This document shows positions 10,409 to 18,884 of a stretch of DNA of 64,000 nucleotides, one piece after another. Source of the stretch: an uncultured virus (IMG/VR IMGVR_UViG_3300025635_000024). Taxonomy: Duplodnaviria > Heunggongvirae > Uroviricota > Caudoviricetes. A program made the translations under genes and the position numbers. Position 1 is the stretch's first letter. Each line of letters starts with the position of its first letter. The stretch is from IMG/VR virus record IMGVR_UViG_3300025635_000024, one strand, 5' to 3'. The notes under the pieces are model-generated. The model saw only the letters and a program-made list of their open reading frames with translations. It was not told where the DNA came from and made no database searches.

Positions 10409-10706
10409 CCGTGATGTCCTTTAGCTCTGGCGGGCTGGAGAGCCCTGAGATGGTGATGTTGATCGCGCTGCGTTGCGCGGCCGTCTTTTCGAACAGGCTG
10501 GTCGGTAGCGCACGCTCCATGCAGAGCTTTAGCGCTGCCATCTGGCCTGGGTGGCCGTCGTCCAGCGCGATGTCGAGCACTTTCTGGACGACTTGCTCGC
10601 CCTTGCCCTCGATCAGCATCTTTTTCAGCTCTTTGATGCGCTGATTGTCGGTCTTGGGTAGCGTGGCCGGTGGCACGTAAGGCGGGTCTTTGATCGGTGC
10701 TGGCAT
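10395..10706 (-). CDS. terS: Phage B probable terminase small subunit
   Basis: 103 aa helical protein overlapping the terL start; assigned by position. Confidence 0.6.
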   Translation of the reverse strand: MPAPIKDPPYVPPATLPKTDNQRIKELKKMLIEGKGEQVVQKVLDIALDDGHPGQMAALKLCMERALPTSLFEKTAAQRSAINITISGLSSPPELKDITDVGP

Positions 10707-11061
10707 GGCTTTTTTCCTGTGTGGGGAAGCTGCGTGGATTGTAGCCTTTTTTCTAAAGGCGTTGGGCAGTTTGCTGAAAGGCTAATTTCACTTTTCATGG
10801 GGGTAGGAGGGTGGCCTAAATTTTATAGTAGAGGCTGACCCCCCTCCCCCCCATGTTGTCAGCCTGATAATTATCAGAAAAGCAACGAATTCATAGCTAT
10901 CTGCTATCGACCGCGTTTTACATAACGCACGTTATATAACGTCGAAGTTTTTGCTATAGATGCAGACTATGGGGATAGGGGTTGGCTATTGCCAGGCCAG
11001 GATTGATAGATTTTAATTAGGGTCAGAGTGCAAGGGGGAGAGGGGCCTTTTTGCCAGTACC

Positions 11062-11280
11062 TTACGGCCGCAAGTTATTAGCCGGCGATCGATCGCCAGA
11101 TATAACAAAATCATTAGCATTGCCAGGCTGACAATGCATTTGTTGATACCAGTCTAATAGATTCCGAAAGCCGGCGCTGATATCGCCATTACCGGCGTGA
11201 GCCAAAATCGCCACTTCCGTTTCAGTCAAATGGCGCAAAAAGTGGCGAGTTCTAACCGAAGCAGGACGGCCAGCAGGCAT
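11062..11280 (-). CDS. Small hypothetical protein, possibly DNA-binding (MPAGRPASVRT...)
   Basis: Short ORF in the terS/early intergenic region with a GRP-type basic N-terminus. Confidence 0.4.
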   Translation of the reverse strand: MPAGRPASVRTRHFLRHLTETEVAILAHAGNGDISAGFRNLLDWYQQMHCQPGNANDFVISGDRSPANNLRP

Positions 11281-11320
11281 AAGCAAAACCCCTAAAAAAA
11301 CGTGTTATCAAAATATAAAA

Positions 11321-11569
11321 TGGTCAAATGGTCATTATGGTCATCATTTTAAATCGCGCCGACCCCAACGCGAAATTTTAAATTTTTGCGTGAACGTGCG
11401 ACCGTAAAGTTTCGCAGAGCCTAAAATTTTCACCCATATATCTACTTACTTACTAACTTAAAAAAATAATGACCATATGACCATAAATCCGCAAAACCCG
11501 CAGCCAGGCTACGTTTTCGGCTGGTCATCGCGCCCAAAAACATGACCATAAAATGACCATTGATGACCA
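11321..11569. repeat. Nine copies of TGACCA(T)/(A)TGGTCA in direct and inverted clusters
   Basis: TGGTCA at 11321, 11329, 11338, 11522; TGACCA at 11470, 11478, 11543, 11554, 11564. Confidence 0.85.
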
Positions 11570-11616
11570 TAAACCGCGCCAAAAGCAAAAAAACGCATGA
11601 AAATGCAAAAGATTGT

Positions 11617-11645
11617 TTGACACATGCCGATTTATGGTCTAACCT
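11617..11645 (+). promoter_or_regulatory. Sigma70-type early promoter of phage B
   Basis: TTGACA, 17 bp, TAACCT, about 40 bp upstream of the first + strand early ORF. Confidence 0.7.
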
Positions 11646-11687
11646 GTACGCGTAACACAATTATTTACAAACTACCCGGGGCCAAAA

Positions 11688-11873
11688 ATGACTAAATTTG
11701 AAACCAAACAAGCCGCGATCGTCGAATCACACGTTAACGCAGGAAATGACATTTCCGCCGCGCGCATATTGTCTTCATTAATCCGCGTGGCACGTACTGA
11801 CAAAAGCCGCCGCGATTTAATTGCACTAGCCGAAGGCCTTCGTTTGGCCGGACACGTTGAATTCAGAATCTAA
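11688..11873 (+). CDS. Early hypothetical protein (61 aa)
   Basis: First ORF after the promoter, GGGG-type RBS. Confidence 0.65.
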   Translation: MTKFETKQAAIVESHVNAGNDISAARILSSLIRVARTDKSRRDLIALAEGLRLAGHVEFRI

Positions 11874-11880
11874 ATCAAAC

Positions 11881-11898
11881 GGCCGGCGAAAGCCGGCC
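11881..11898 (+). other. Perfect GC hairpin with GAAA tetraloop
   Basis: GGCCGGC-GAAA-GCCGGCC with no U-tract; function unknown. Confidence 0.6.
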
Positions 11899-11918
11899 AC
11901 TACCCAAAGGGGCAAAAA

Positions 11919-12002
11919 ATGAAAAATTACGGATTCGAGATTCTCTCAGCGATTTATTGCGCGGCCATGCTGTTCACCGCATATCTTATGTTTACTTTGT
12001 GA
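11919..12002 (+). CDS. 27-aa hydrophobic peptide (MKNYGFEILSAIYCAAMLFTAYLMFTL)
   Basis: Hand translation; AAGGGG RBS; single TM-like segment. Confidence 0.55.
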   Translation: MKNYGFEILSAIYCAAMLFTAYLMFTL

Positions 12003-12015
12003 TAAGGGGCAAAAC

Positions 12016-12171
12016 ATGAATTCAAAACCTATCGTCGGCCAAAAAATCAAAATGTCCGTTTACGGCAAATTGCAGACTGTCACTGTTCTTGCCGTATACA
12101 AATTTGGCACCATGGATATCGAAACCGAATCTGGCGCATGTTTCCGCGTCACTGGCTTATCTTTTATTTAA
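12016..12171 (+). CDS. 51-aa early protein (MNSKPIVGQKIKMSVYGK...)
   Basis: Hand translation; AAGGGG RBS. Confidence 0.6.
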   Translation: MNSKPIVGQKIKMSVYGKLQTVTVLAVYKFGTMDIETESGACFRVTGLSFI

Positions 12172-12183
12172 TAGGGGCGAATC

Positions 12184-12264
12184 ATGACACCTTTTCAATA
12201 TATCGCCGCGCTAATTACCGGCGCATTCGTTTATCTGATGTTTGTCTTTTTGCTGTCATTCTAA
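12184..12264 (+). CDS. 26-aa hydrophobic peptide (MTPFQYIAALITGAFVYLMFVFLLSF)
   Basis: Hand translation; AGGGG RBS; single TM-like segment. Confidence 0.55.
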   Translation: MTPFQYIAALITGAFVYLMFVFLLSF

Positions 12265-12283
12265 TAACTGAAGGGAACCGACC

Positions 12284-13036
12284 ATGCAAAACCCGTTCAA
12301 AGCGCAACTAAAACGTGAAAATCTACCCTATCGGCCGATTTTGGGCGAATCCAGCGCCAAAACGATCAAAGGCCAGAAAATCGGCTATCTGACGGCCATA
12401 TGTTATCTAGTGCCGGATGAAAAGCTCTGTCCGTTCGCGATAATGGCCGGCTGTTTTGAGCCGTGCCTGAAATCATCCGGCCGTGGTGCGTTTAATGCCG
12501 TGCAAGCGGCTAGAGCGGCGAAAACCGCGTTTTTCCGCGAGAATCAACGGGCGTTTATGCTCTCAATGGCCGCTGACGTATGGTCGCACGCACGCCGTGC
12601 GGAAAAGCTCGGATTGATCCCGCTGGTACGGCCGAACGGCACGTCAGATATACCCTTTGAAAACATTCAAATTGACGGCAAAACGATCTTCCAGCTGTTC
12701 GCTGACGTACAGTTTTATGACTACACAAAGCACCCAAGCCGCAAGTTAGACGGCAAAACGGCCGGCAATTATGACCTGACGTACTCATTTTCCGCTATCA
12801 CGCCGAAACCGATTTCAATCAAGGGTTTGATCAATCCAGCAAATAAACGCACGGCCGTGGTATTCCAAAAGCAGAGCGATATACCGGCCGAATTTCGCGG
12901 CTGGCCGGTCGTTGACGGCGACGACACGGATGTTAGGCATATCGAGCCGGCCGGCGTGGTAGTAGCACTCTATGCCAAAGGTAAAGCAAAACGCGACACC
13001 GGCGGATTCGTTCAAATCAAGGGGAGGGATTATTAA
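12284..13036 (+). CDS. GP88-family phage protein (Cys cluster, radical-SAM-like)
   Basis: CPF-x4-C-x3-C followed by SGRG, RPNGTSDI, QFYDYTK, YDLTYS and GDDTDVR motifs recalled from the gene product 88 family. Confidence 0.65.
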   Translation: MQNPFKAQLKRENLPYRPILGESSAKTIKGQKIGYLTAICYLVPDEKLCPFAIMAGCFEPCLKSSGRGAFNAVQAARAAKTAFFRENQRAFMLSMAADVWSHARRAEKLGLIPLVRPNGTSDIPFENIQIDGKTIFQLFADVQFYDYTKHPSRKLDGKTAGNYDLTYSFSAITPKPISIKGLINPANKRTAVVFQKQSDIPAEFRGWPVVDGDDTDVRHIEPAGVVVALYAKGKAKRDTGGFVQIKGRDY

Positions 13037-13263
13037 TGCGCACGATAACCGCAAAATATACCGGCATATGCGCCGCTACCGGCGCGCGCATACTGGCCGG
13101 CGACCTGATCCAATGGTCCAAAGGCCGCACGGTTTTGCTCGAGCGGCGCCGCACGGCCGTGGATACGATCACGCTTTACGGCGAGAACGGCCCGCAAACG
13201 TACTATCAAAACGCGCGCGGCCGGTGTATTGATGCACCCTGTTGCGGCTGTTGCACTATTTAA
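13036..13263 (+). CDS. Small Cys-rich hypothetical protein (ends RCIDAPCCGCC)
   Basis: TAATG coupling to the upstream gene; likely metal-binding. Confidence 0.7.
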   Translation: MRTITAKYTGICAATGARILAGDLIQWSKGRTVLLERRRTAVDTITLYGENGPQTYYQNARGRCIDAPCCGCCTI

Positions 13264-13280
13264 CCTAGAGGGATAACACA

Positions 13281-13484
13281 ATGGCAAAACTCAAAACGGC
13301 GCTTTTGCGCGCGCAAGAAACGGCTGGTTTCATCGGCTCGAATGAATCACTACTCTGGAAAGCCAGAGAGGTGTTATCCAAAGCGCTTGATGATCCTGAG
13401 CCGTTTGAAGGCCTGGCAAGCGCTGAGACAGCCCTACACTTGATCAATACTTACTTGATGGAGACTGAATTATGCAAACGATAA
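13281..13484 (+). CDS. Hypothetical early protein
   Basis: GAGGG RBS, in operon. Confidence 0.6.
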   Translation: MAKLKTALLRAQETAGFIGSNESLLWKAREVLSKALDDPEPFEGLASAETALHLINTYLMETELCKR

Positions 13485-13747
13485 ATATTGACGGTACCAC
13501 GTACCGCGTGAAATTCGACCGCGATCCGATCGAGCTTGCCAAAGCGGCGCGCAAACCCTGGAAACCGAAAAAGCCCAAAGACATCCGGAAATTTCCGGTC
13601 CGATCGGACTTGAGCACGGCCGAATACGTGCGCCAATATGACAAGCTCAATTTTCTGCAGCCGGTCCAGTACTGGCCGGAATTAAACACCAAAAGCACGG
13701 CGCAATACGATCCGTCAATGCCACTACTGGAGGAAATTGCAGAATGA
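13472..13747 (+). CDS. Hypothetical early protein
   Basis: Overlapping operon organisation. Confidence 0.6.
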   Translation: MQTINIDGTTYRVKFDRDPIELAKAARKPWKPKKPKDIRKFPVRSDLSTAEYVRQYDKLNFLQPVQYWPELNTKSTAQYDPSMPLLEEIAE

Positions 13748-14001
13748 AAACGCATACCGATATCAGCGGCCCACACTGGCCGCAGCATCTTTGGCCGTAC
13801 ACATACACTCACGGCGACACTGAATTGCTTTGCTTTGTAGATTGGGAGCCGGCCGATCGCTCAGTCGGCTGGAGCGGCGGCGCCTGGCTGATCCACGCGT
13901 ATGCTGGCGGCGTTGATGTCGTCGAGCTGCTCAAAGATCAGGTTATCAAAGATATCGAGCAAGCGGCTGCTGAAGCGCTGCAGGAAGGCCCGACATGCTA
14001 A
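13744..14001 (+). CDS. Hypothetical early protein
   Basis: ATGA coupling with the upstream ORF. Confidence 0.6.
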   Translation: MKTHTDISGPHWPQHLWPYTYTHGDTELLCFVDWEPADRSVGWSGGAWLIHAYAGGVDVVELLKDQVIKDIEQAAAEALQEGPTC

Positions 14002-14120
14002 CCATTGCGATAAAAGTGATTGTCGGCTTGTGGGTACTTGTGCGACGATTGTAACGCGGCTACTCTCCGGCCGTAGCGTTCAGCAACGCTCGAGTCTTCC
14101 GCCACTCCCTCCGGCGGATT

Positions 14121-14154
14121 GCCCGTCAGGTTTAAGGCCTGACGGGCTTTTTTT
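14121..14154 (+). terminator. Intrinsic terminator of the early operon
   Basis: GCCCGTCAGG stem / CCTGACGGGC followed by a T run, between convergent operons. Confidence 0.85.
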
Positions 14155-14155
14155 A

Positions 14156-16453
14156 TTAGGCTAGGCGGACGGCTTGCGGTGCCGGTACTTCCTCGACCAT
14201 GCGGCGCAATTCTGATTTCGGCAGGCCCACCAGTTCAGGCGCGCAGAAGATATGCCGCTTGCTCTGGAATTCAGCCGAGTGTATGCGACCCATATCGACC
14301 CAGCCGGCTTCTCTGAGCGCGTGCAGCAGCGCCGCCTGGTAAATGCGCTGGTTACCTGCTACGCCGCTCTGCAGGCGGTCGCAGAGCGCATGGAAGGGGC
14401 CTGCAATCACGCCGGACGCAAACTCCGACAGCCGGCGCTCAATCAGCTCGACCAGATACGATTCACCCGAGCTGCGGCCCTGGTCGATCATGATGGCCTT
14501 TGCTTCGGTCATGGGCGGCGCGGCTGCAGGGTTGAAGGCTGACACGTCACGCGTGTGCAGGTAGGATGCAATGGCCTCAAACCCGCCCGAATGGTACCAG
14601 CGCCAGAGCTCGACAGCCTCGGCCTCGGGCAAGCGGCCGGCCTCGGACCAGACGCAAAACCAGCGCCGGTCGTTTGAGGGAATAGCGATCGCGGCCCGCT
14701 CGTTACTGAAGGCGACCACGAACACGCGGTTCAGAGCCATGTAGGGGTGAAGGCCCTTACGGTTGATTTGTAGCAGCTCTGGAGGCGCTGCGATGATGGG
14801 TTTTAGGGCATTCTCGAGCGCTCGCCGATCGCGTGCCTCAGACTGGCGCAGCTCGGCAATTTCCATGACTTCGCACTCGAGCGCGTAGCCCCACTGACTA
14901 TTCAGGTCTTCGTTCTTGACCAGGCTGCAGTTCTGCTTAGTCTTGCCGCCAATGGCCCAGAAAAACGGCGCCATCATGGTGTCTTTGCCCGAGCCTGGGT
15001 GGCCGCCGATCAGGATTGCGTGGTTGATCTTCTGGTTCGGGTTTTGGACCTTGAAGGCCAGCGCGTTTAAAACGTGCTCGCGCTCGAAATCGGTCGGGAT
15101 CATGCGCTCGACATGCGCAAGCCATCGGGTCACGTCGCCTGGGATGCCTGCAGGCCGAGCGTCGCGCCAGCGGTTGCCGTACTGGTGGCCCTCACGCTCG
15201 ACGATCTTGGGCTCGCCGGCGGCATACGTTATGCCGACCAGCGCATGAGCGCCCTCTGATTGGCGATTCTCGTCGAAACATGTAGACGCTTCAATTTTGC
15301 TGCCGTTATGTATGGACCTGCAGGGGATATGCCGGAAAAGTGCGTTAAAAGTAGATCGAGAAATCTCCCGACGATCTTCCAGATCAAAAAAGCTCTCATC
15401 TTCCTGAACATAGGCAAACCTCGTAAACCAGTCGGCTTTTTCGAGCCTGTTTAATTCCCGGCGCTCGTTCTTTGCTTCAATATCCTTGATGATATGTTCG
15501 GCGCTGTCTTCGAACATGCCTGAATCGGGGATTTTTGACAAGGCAGTCGTCATCACTTGCGCGAGCAGCTCGTCACGCAAGCCAGGCGAGTGCTTTGGCC
15601 CGCCCTGCCCTGCTACCCAGTCGAGAAACGTCTGCGAGTCGAAGTCGAGGCAGTGCGAGTGCAGGCAGCAGTACGCCCGGTTGGCCGGGTGGTAGCGCCC
15701 TTCAGGATTGCCGTCGGTGTGCTCGCCGTGGTTCGGGCAAACGACGCCCATCCAGCCCTCGGGGTTCGGGTGCCGCAGGATCATGCCCTGGTCCGAGAGC
15801 CAGCGCATCACATCGTCGTTGCCGTCGTCTGCGACGCGGATAGCCACCGGCCCCAGCCGCACGCTCTCGTCCGGCACGACGTCAAGCGCTGCGCAGATTT
15901 GCTCGAGCGTGTATTCGCGCTCGGGATTGAAGCGGGCGAGCTGTGCCTTAAAGCCGTCCTTGCCGGGCTTGAGATTGACCGAGCCGGGTAAGCGGAAGTT
16001 GCGCACCGGGTTGCAGGCACCGGGATCCGTGTAGCCGGCGTTGGCGATCGCGCGGATAGCGGCTGCGAAGTCGGCTTTGGTCGGCTGTTCGGAAAAGACG
16101 TAGCCCCACTGGAATGAGCCGGGCGACGTCTCCATGATCCAGGTGGGCTCTAACGGCGGTGTTTTCGATTTGGTGCCGATGTCGTCCAACATCATGACCA
16201 GGATGTACTCGCAGTTGGCAATACTTGCGCTCGGCTTGCCCTTGAAGCGGTCGATGATGAAGGAGGCCGTGTTGCCGTACCAGCTCTCGCCATCCTTGCG
16301 CTTGTGGTTCGGGTAGTAGGCCGGCCATGTGGCCTTGATCGCGCCGTCTGCGTGGAATTGCATCTGGCCGCCCGCGAGGATGGGCTTCTGGCGCACGATC
16401 AGCGCAGTCTCACCTTCGGGCGCGAGACTGGTGTAGAATTCTAAAAAACTCAT
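14156..16453 (-). CDS. Primase-helicase (RepB-like primase-polymerase + Zn finger + DUF5906/SF3-like helicase)
   Basis: LDDIG and METSPGSFQWGY primase motifs, CP..H...C.H.HC Zn site, P-loop GHPGSGKD, and FSN / DRRW motifs. Confidence 0.85.
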   Translation of the reverse strand: MSFLEFYTSLAPEGETALIVRQKPILAGGQMQFHADGAIKATWPAYYPNHKRKDGESWYGNTASFIIDRFKGKPSASIANCEYILVMMLDDIGTKSKTPPLEPTWIMETSPGSFQWGYVFSEQPTKADFAAAIRAIANAGYTDPGACNPVRNFRLPGSVNLKPGKDGFKAQLARFNPEREYTLEQICAALDVVPDESVRLGPVAIRVADDGNDDVMRWLSDQGMILRHPNPEGWMGVVCPNHGEHTDGNPEGRYHPANRAYCCLHSHCLDFDSQTFLDWVAGQGGPKHSPGLRDELLAQVMTTALSKIPDSGMFEDSAEHIIKDIEAKNERRELNRLEKADWFTRFAYVQEDESFFDLEDRREISRSTFNALFRHIPCRSIHNGSKIEASTCFDENRQSEGAHALVGITYAAGEPKIVEREGHQYGNRWRDARPAGIPGDVTRWLAHVERMIPTDFEREHVLNALAFKVQNPNQKINHAILIGGHPGSGKDTMMAPFFWAIGGKTKQNCSLVKNEDLNSQWGYALECEVMEIAELRQSEARDRRALENALKPIIAAPPELLQINRKGLHPYMALNRVFVVAFSNERAAIAIPSNDRRWFCVWSEAGRLPEAEAVELWRWYHSGGFEAIASYLHTRDVSAFNPAAAPPMTEAKAIMIDQGRSSGESYLVELIERRLSEFASGVIAGPFHALCDRLQSGVAGNQRIYQAALLHALREAGWVDMGRIHSAEFQSKRHIFCAPELVGLPKSELRRMVEEVPAPQAVRLA

Positions 16454-16474
16454 TGTTGTCCTTGTAGTTGAAAG

Positions 16475-16500
16475 AGCCGCCCTGCCAGGCGGCTTTTTTA
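16475..16500. terminator. Probable intrinsic terminator hairpin
   Basis: AGCCGCC-CTGCCA-GGCGGCT with T-rich tails on both strands. Confidence 0.6.
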
Positions 16501-16947
16501 TTTAATTAATCTTTCCCAACGTATACGGGCTATATTGGCGGACCCTATATCTGCTCGCCTACGTCCAGGCCTATCCCACCCTTTATTCGCATTTAACTCC
16601 GCTACCAAAGTCCAACCTGCGCCACGCAACGAGGCACCTGACTCCTGATGCTGTGTATAGGTGATGCATTTAGCGTAGCCTAACGCGGTAGCGGCTCTGA
16701 CGATTGCCCCATAAAGCATCGAATTCGCATTGCGGGTTCCATCTGTACAAGAACGAGTAATTTCTAATGTTAACCCGTCATCTAACATTCGCGCGATGGG
16801 CCGACCTGCTACAGCTACACCAACTAATTTGTTTTCGCTCGTAAATAAACCAACGCTAAATTTATGCCCTATAGGCGGTCTGTTATGACGATGATGCTCT
16901 GCTATAAATTGTTGCGCTAGTTTAAGCGATATGGGTCTTATTCTCAT
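16498..16947 (-). CDS. XF1762-family protein (GNAT/Mom-like fold suspected)
   Basis: HHRH, GVA..GRP.AR.LDDG.TLE, SMLYGA, ITYT...ESG.SL..AGW motifs; AT-rich relative to neighbours. Confidence 0.65.
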   Translation of the reverse strand: MRIRPISLKLAQQFIAEHHRHNRPPIGHKFSVGLFTSENKLVGVAVAGRPIARMLDDGLTLEITRSCTDGTRNANSMLYGAIVRAATALGYAKCITYTQHQESGASLRGAGWTLVAELNANKGWDRPGRRRADIGSANIARIRWERLIK

Positions 16948-18884
16948 TTTCCATACCTCGTCATAGTTTCAACCTCTGCCGACAAAGGCAGACCCGCAGC
17001 CCATGCGGGCGGCGTACACATCACTTGCTTTAGGGTATTGGGTGCATCAGGGTCGGCGGTCTCTAGAACGATCTCATCATGGACATGCAGCACGACGTCA
17101 TCAAGCTGGCGTAAAGCATTCCGCAGCAGATCGTTGGCGACTGCTTGCGTTATGTTCTCACAAGCCAGACCCCGCCACAAGCGTGCCCGTGGCCATTCTT
17201 TGGCATCCGCCGCCGGTTTCCATGCCGCCTTCACATAAGTGATCTCATCACCCTCAAACTTAGCAAATGGATAGCACAGGATGCGCCCCGACGGCAGCGC
17301 GTACCAGAGGTGTTGGCGGTCATACAGGTATGTCACCCGCCCGGCGGTAAACTCCCGCCCAGGATTCCTGAGCGCCCGCGTGTAGGCGTCCTCGAGCTTG
17401 GTCCAGTAGCGCACGGCCCAGGCGTTCGAGCGCCGCCACGCGTCTACAATGCGGCGAGAGTCCGACTCGGCCATGATGACGCCGTAGTTGCGGCCCATCG
17501 CCGAAAACGCTCCGATCGAGCCGCCGAAGCCCAGCGACAGGATCGCGACCTTGCCGATCTGGCGCTGCTCTTTATCGACGTTATCCTCGGGCACCCGGTA
17601 GATACCGGCGGCTTCCCGCTTGTAGATGTCGCGGCCCTCGCGAAAGACCTGCAGCACCTCGTCAGCCTGTGGGTCGGCTGACGCCCAGGCGGTGACGCGA
17701 GCTTCGACCGCTGACCAGTCGGCGACAACGAACTGTTTGCCGGGCGCCGGGATCAGTGCGGGCCGGAGCATTCCCTTGAGAACATCTGTAGTGCGTTTTC
17801 CAAATCTTGGGGTGATGCTGTGGCCTCGGACCATAGCGTGCCTAACGTCATCTGGCTCTGCGGCGCACTTGCGCGTAAAGTTGTGAACTTGCGCGCCATA
17901 GCTTGAAGCACGTCCGGTGGCAGATCCTCCTGCAAATACGAAAGCACCTCGTACTCGGTGATCGTCTTCATCTGCCAGGCCCGCAAGGCGGCTGAACTTC
18001 GCAACCGACGACGCCCAGAGGTCATCTGCGCATTGAATGACGTCCGCAACAGTGGCCGGAATCTCATCAGGGTTCTCCTCTGCAAAAGCGAGCAAATTAG
18101 CGCGGATTGATTTGTCGATACTGTACTTCTTTTCGCCATCCTTGTAGACCTCCATCATCTTTAGCGCCTGCGGGCCGACACGGTCCATGACCCACTGCTT
18201 CATGCGTGGGCTGCGCACCGACTGGATCTCGCCCTGGGTAATGTCAGCGACTAACGTCTCGATTTCTTCTAGTTCGACCGAAGCGTAGCGCACTGCGGCT
18301 TGTGCCAGTGGCATGTCGAGCAACACGCCACGGTCGTTGATGCGCTCGTTGACGTGGTAGTCGGCTAACTCCTGATCGGACAGCGGCCGCATGGCCTTGG
18401 AAATCTCGCGCATGGCGCGCACGTCCTGCTCGCAGTAGGCGATCATCTCGGCCAGAAGGGCGGGATCGGTATTAAATGATCCATCAGCGCGGGGTATAGA
18501 TAATGCTCGTATGAGTTGGCTTCCTCGGTGGTCTTTGCGCATGTTGCTGGAGATGGCGCGTCCGACGTCTTCGAGAGACCCAGGCAAGCAGTTAGCACGC
18601 GCTTGTGTCGCGGTGCAATAGAACTGCGTGAGATCGAAATTAACTTGTAGGACGTACCAGAAAATAAGGCGCTCGAACGCAGCGTTATGAGCGTAGATTC
18701 GCCCCTTGTGATGCCGTACCGCGTCAGGGAACGGCTGGTCGGGAGTCCAGGTGACAACGTCATCGTCGTCAAACGCGTAGGACATACACAGTACATCTGT
18801 ACTTGCATCTTGCGCATAGTTGTAAACCCCCTTGGTGGTGAGATCGCATCGCGACCGGGTTTCGAAATCAAGCCAGAGCGTCAT
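16944..18884 (-). CDS. Family A DNA polymerase with 3'-5' exonuclease (APSE/BPP-1-like)
   Basis: ExoI DFET, AHNAAFE, TGR, motif A ADWSAVEAR, motif B RQIGK...LSLGFG, motif C HVHDE. Start placed at the ATGA overlap (18884). Confidence 0.92.
   Translation of the reverse strand: MTLWLDFETRSRCDLTTKGVYNYAQDASTDVLCMSYAFDDDDVVTWTPDQPFPDAVRHHKGRIYAHNAAFERLIFWYVLQVNFDLTQFYCTATQARANCLPGSLEDVGRAISSNMRKDHRGSQLIRALSIPRADGSFNTDPALLAEMIAYCEQDVRAMREISKAMRPLSDQELADYHVNERINDRGVLLDMPLAQAAVRYASVELEEIETLVADITQGEIQSVRSPRMKQWVMDRVGPQALKMMEVYKDGEKKYSIDKSIRANLLAFAEENPDEIPATVADVIQCADDLWASSVAKFSRLAGLADEDDHRVRGAFVFAGGSATGRASSYGAQVHNFTRKCAAEPDDVRHAMVRGHSITPRFGKRTTDVLKGMLRPALIPAPGKQFVVADWSAVEARVTAWASADPQADEVLQVFREGRDIYKREAAGIYRVPEDNVDKEQRQIGKVAILSLGFGGSIGAFSAMGRNYGVIMAESDSRRIVDAWRRSNAWAVRYWTKLEDAYTRALRNPGREFTAGRVTYLYDRQHLWYALPSGRILCYPFAKFEGDEITYVKAAWKPAADAKEWPRARLWRGLACENITQAVANDLLRNALRQLDDVVLHVHDEIVLETADPDAPNTLKQVMCTPPAWAAGLPLSAEVETMTRYGK

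Noticed and set aside
7205..10644. Long plus-strand ORFs opposite portal and terminase (likewise 37570..38367, 45146..45958, 25514..26218)
   Set aside because: Antisense shadows of well-supported minus-strand genes with no recognisable motifs.
11321..11569. Mini CRISPR array
   Set aside because: Repeats are only 6-8 bp, irregularly spaced and in both orientations.
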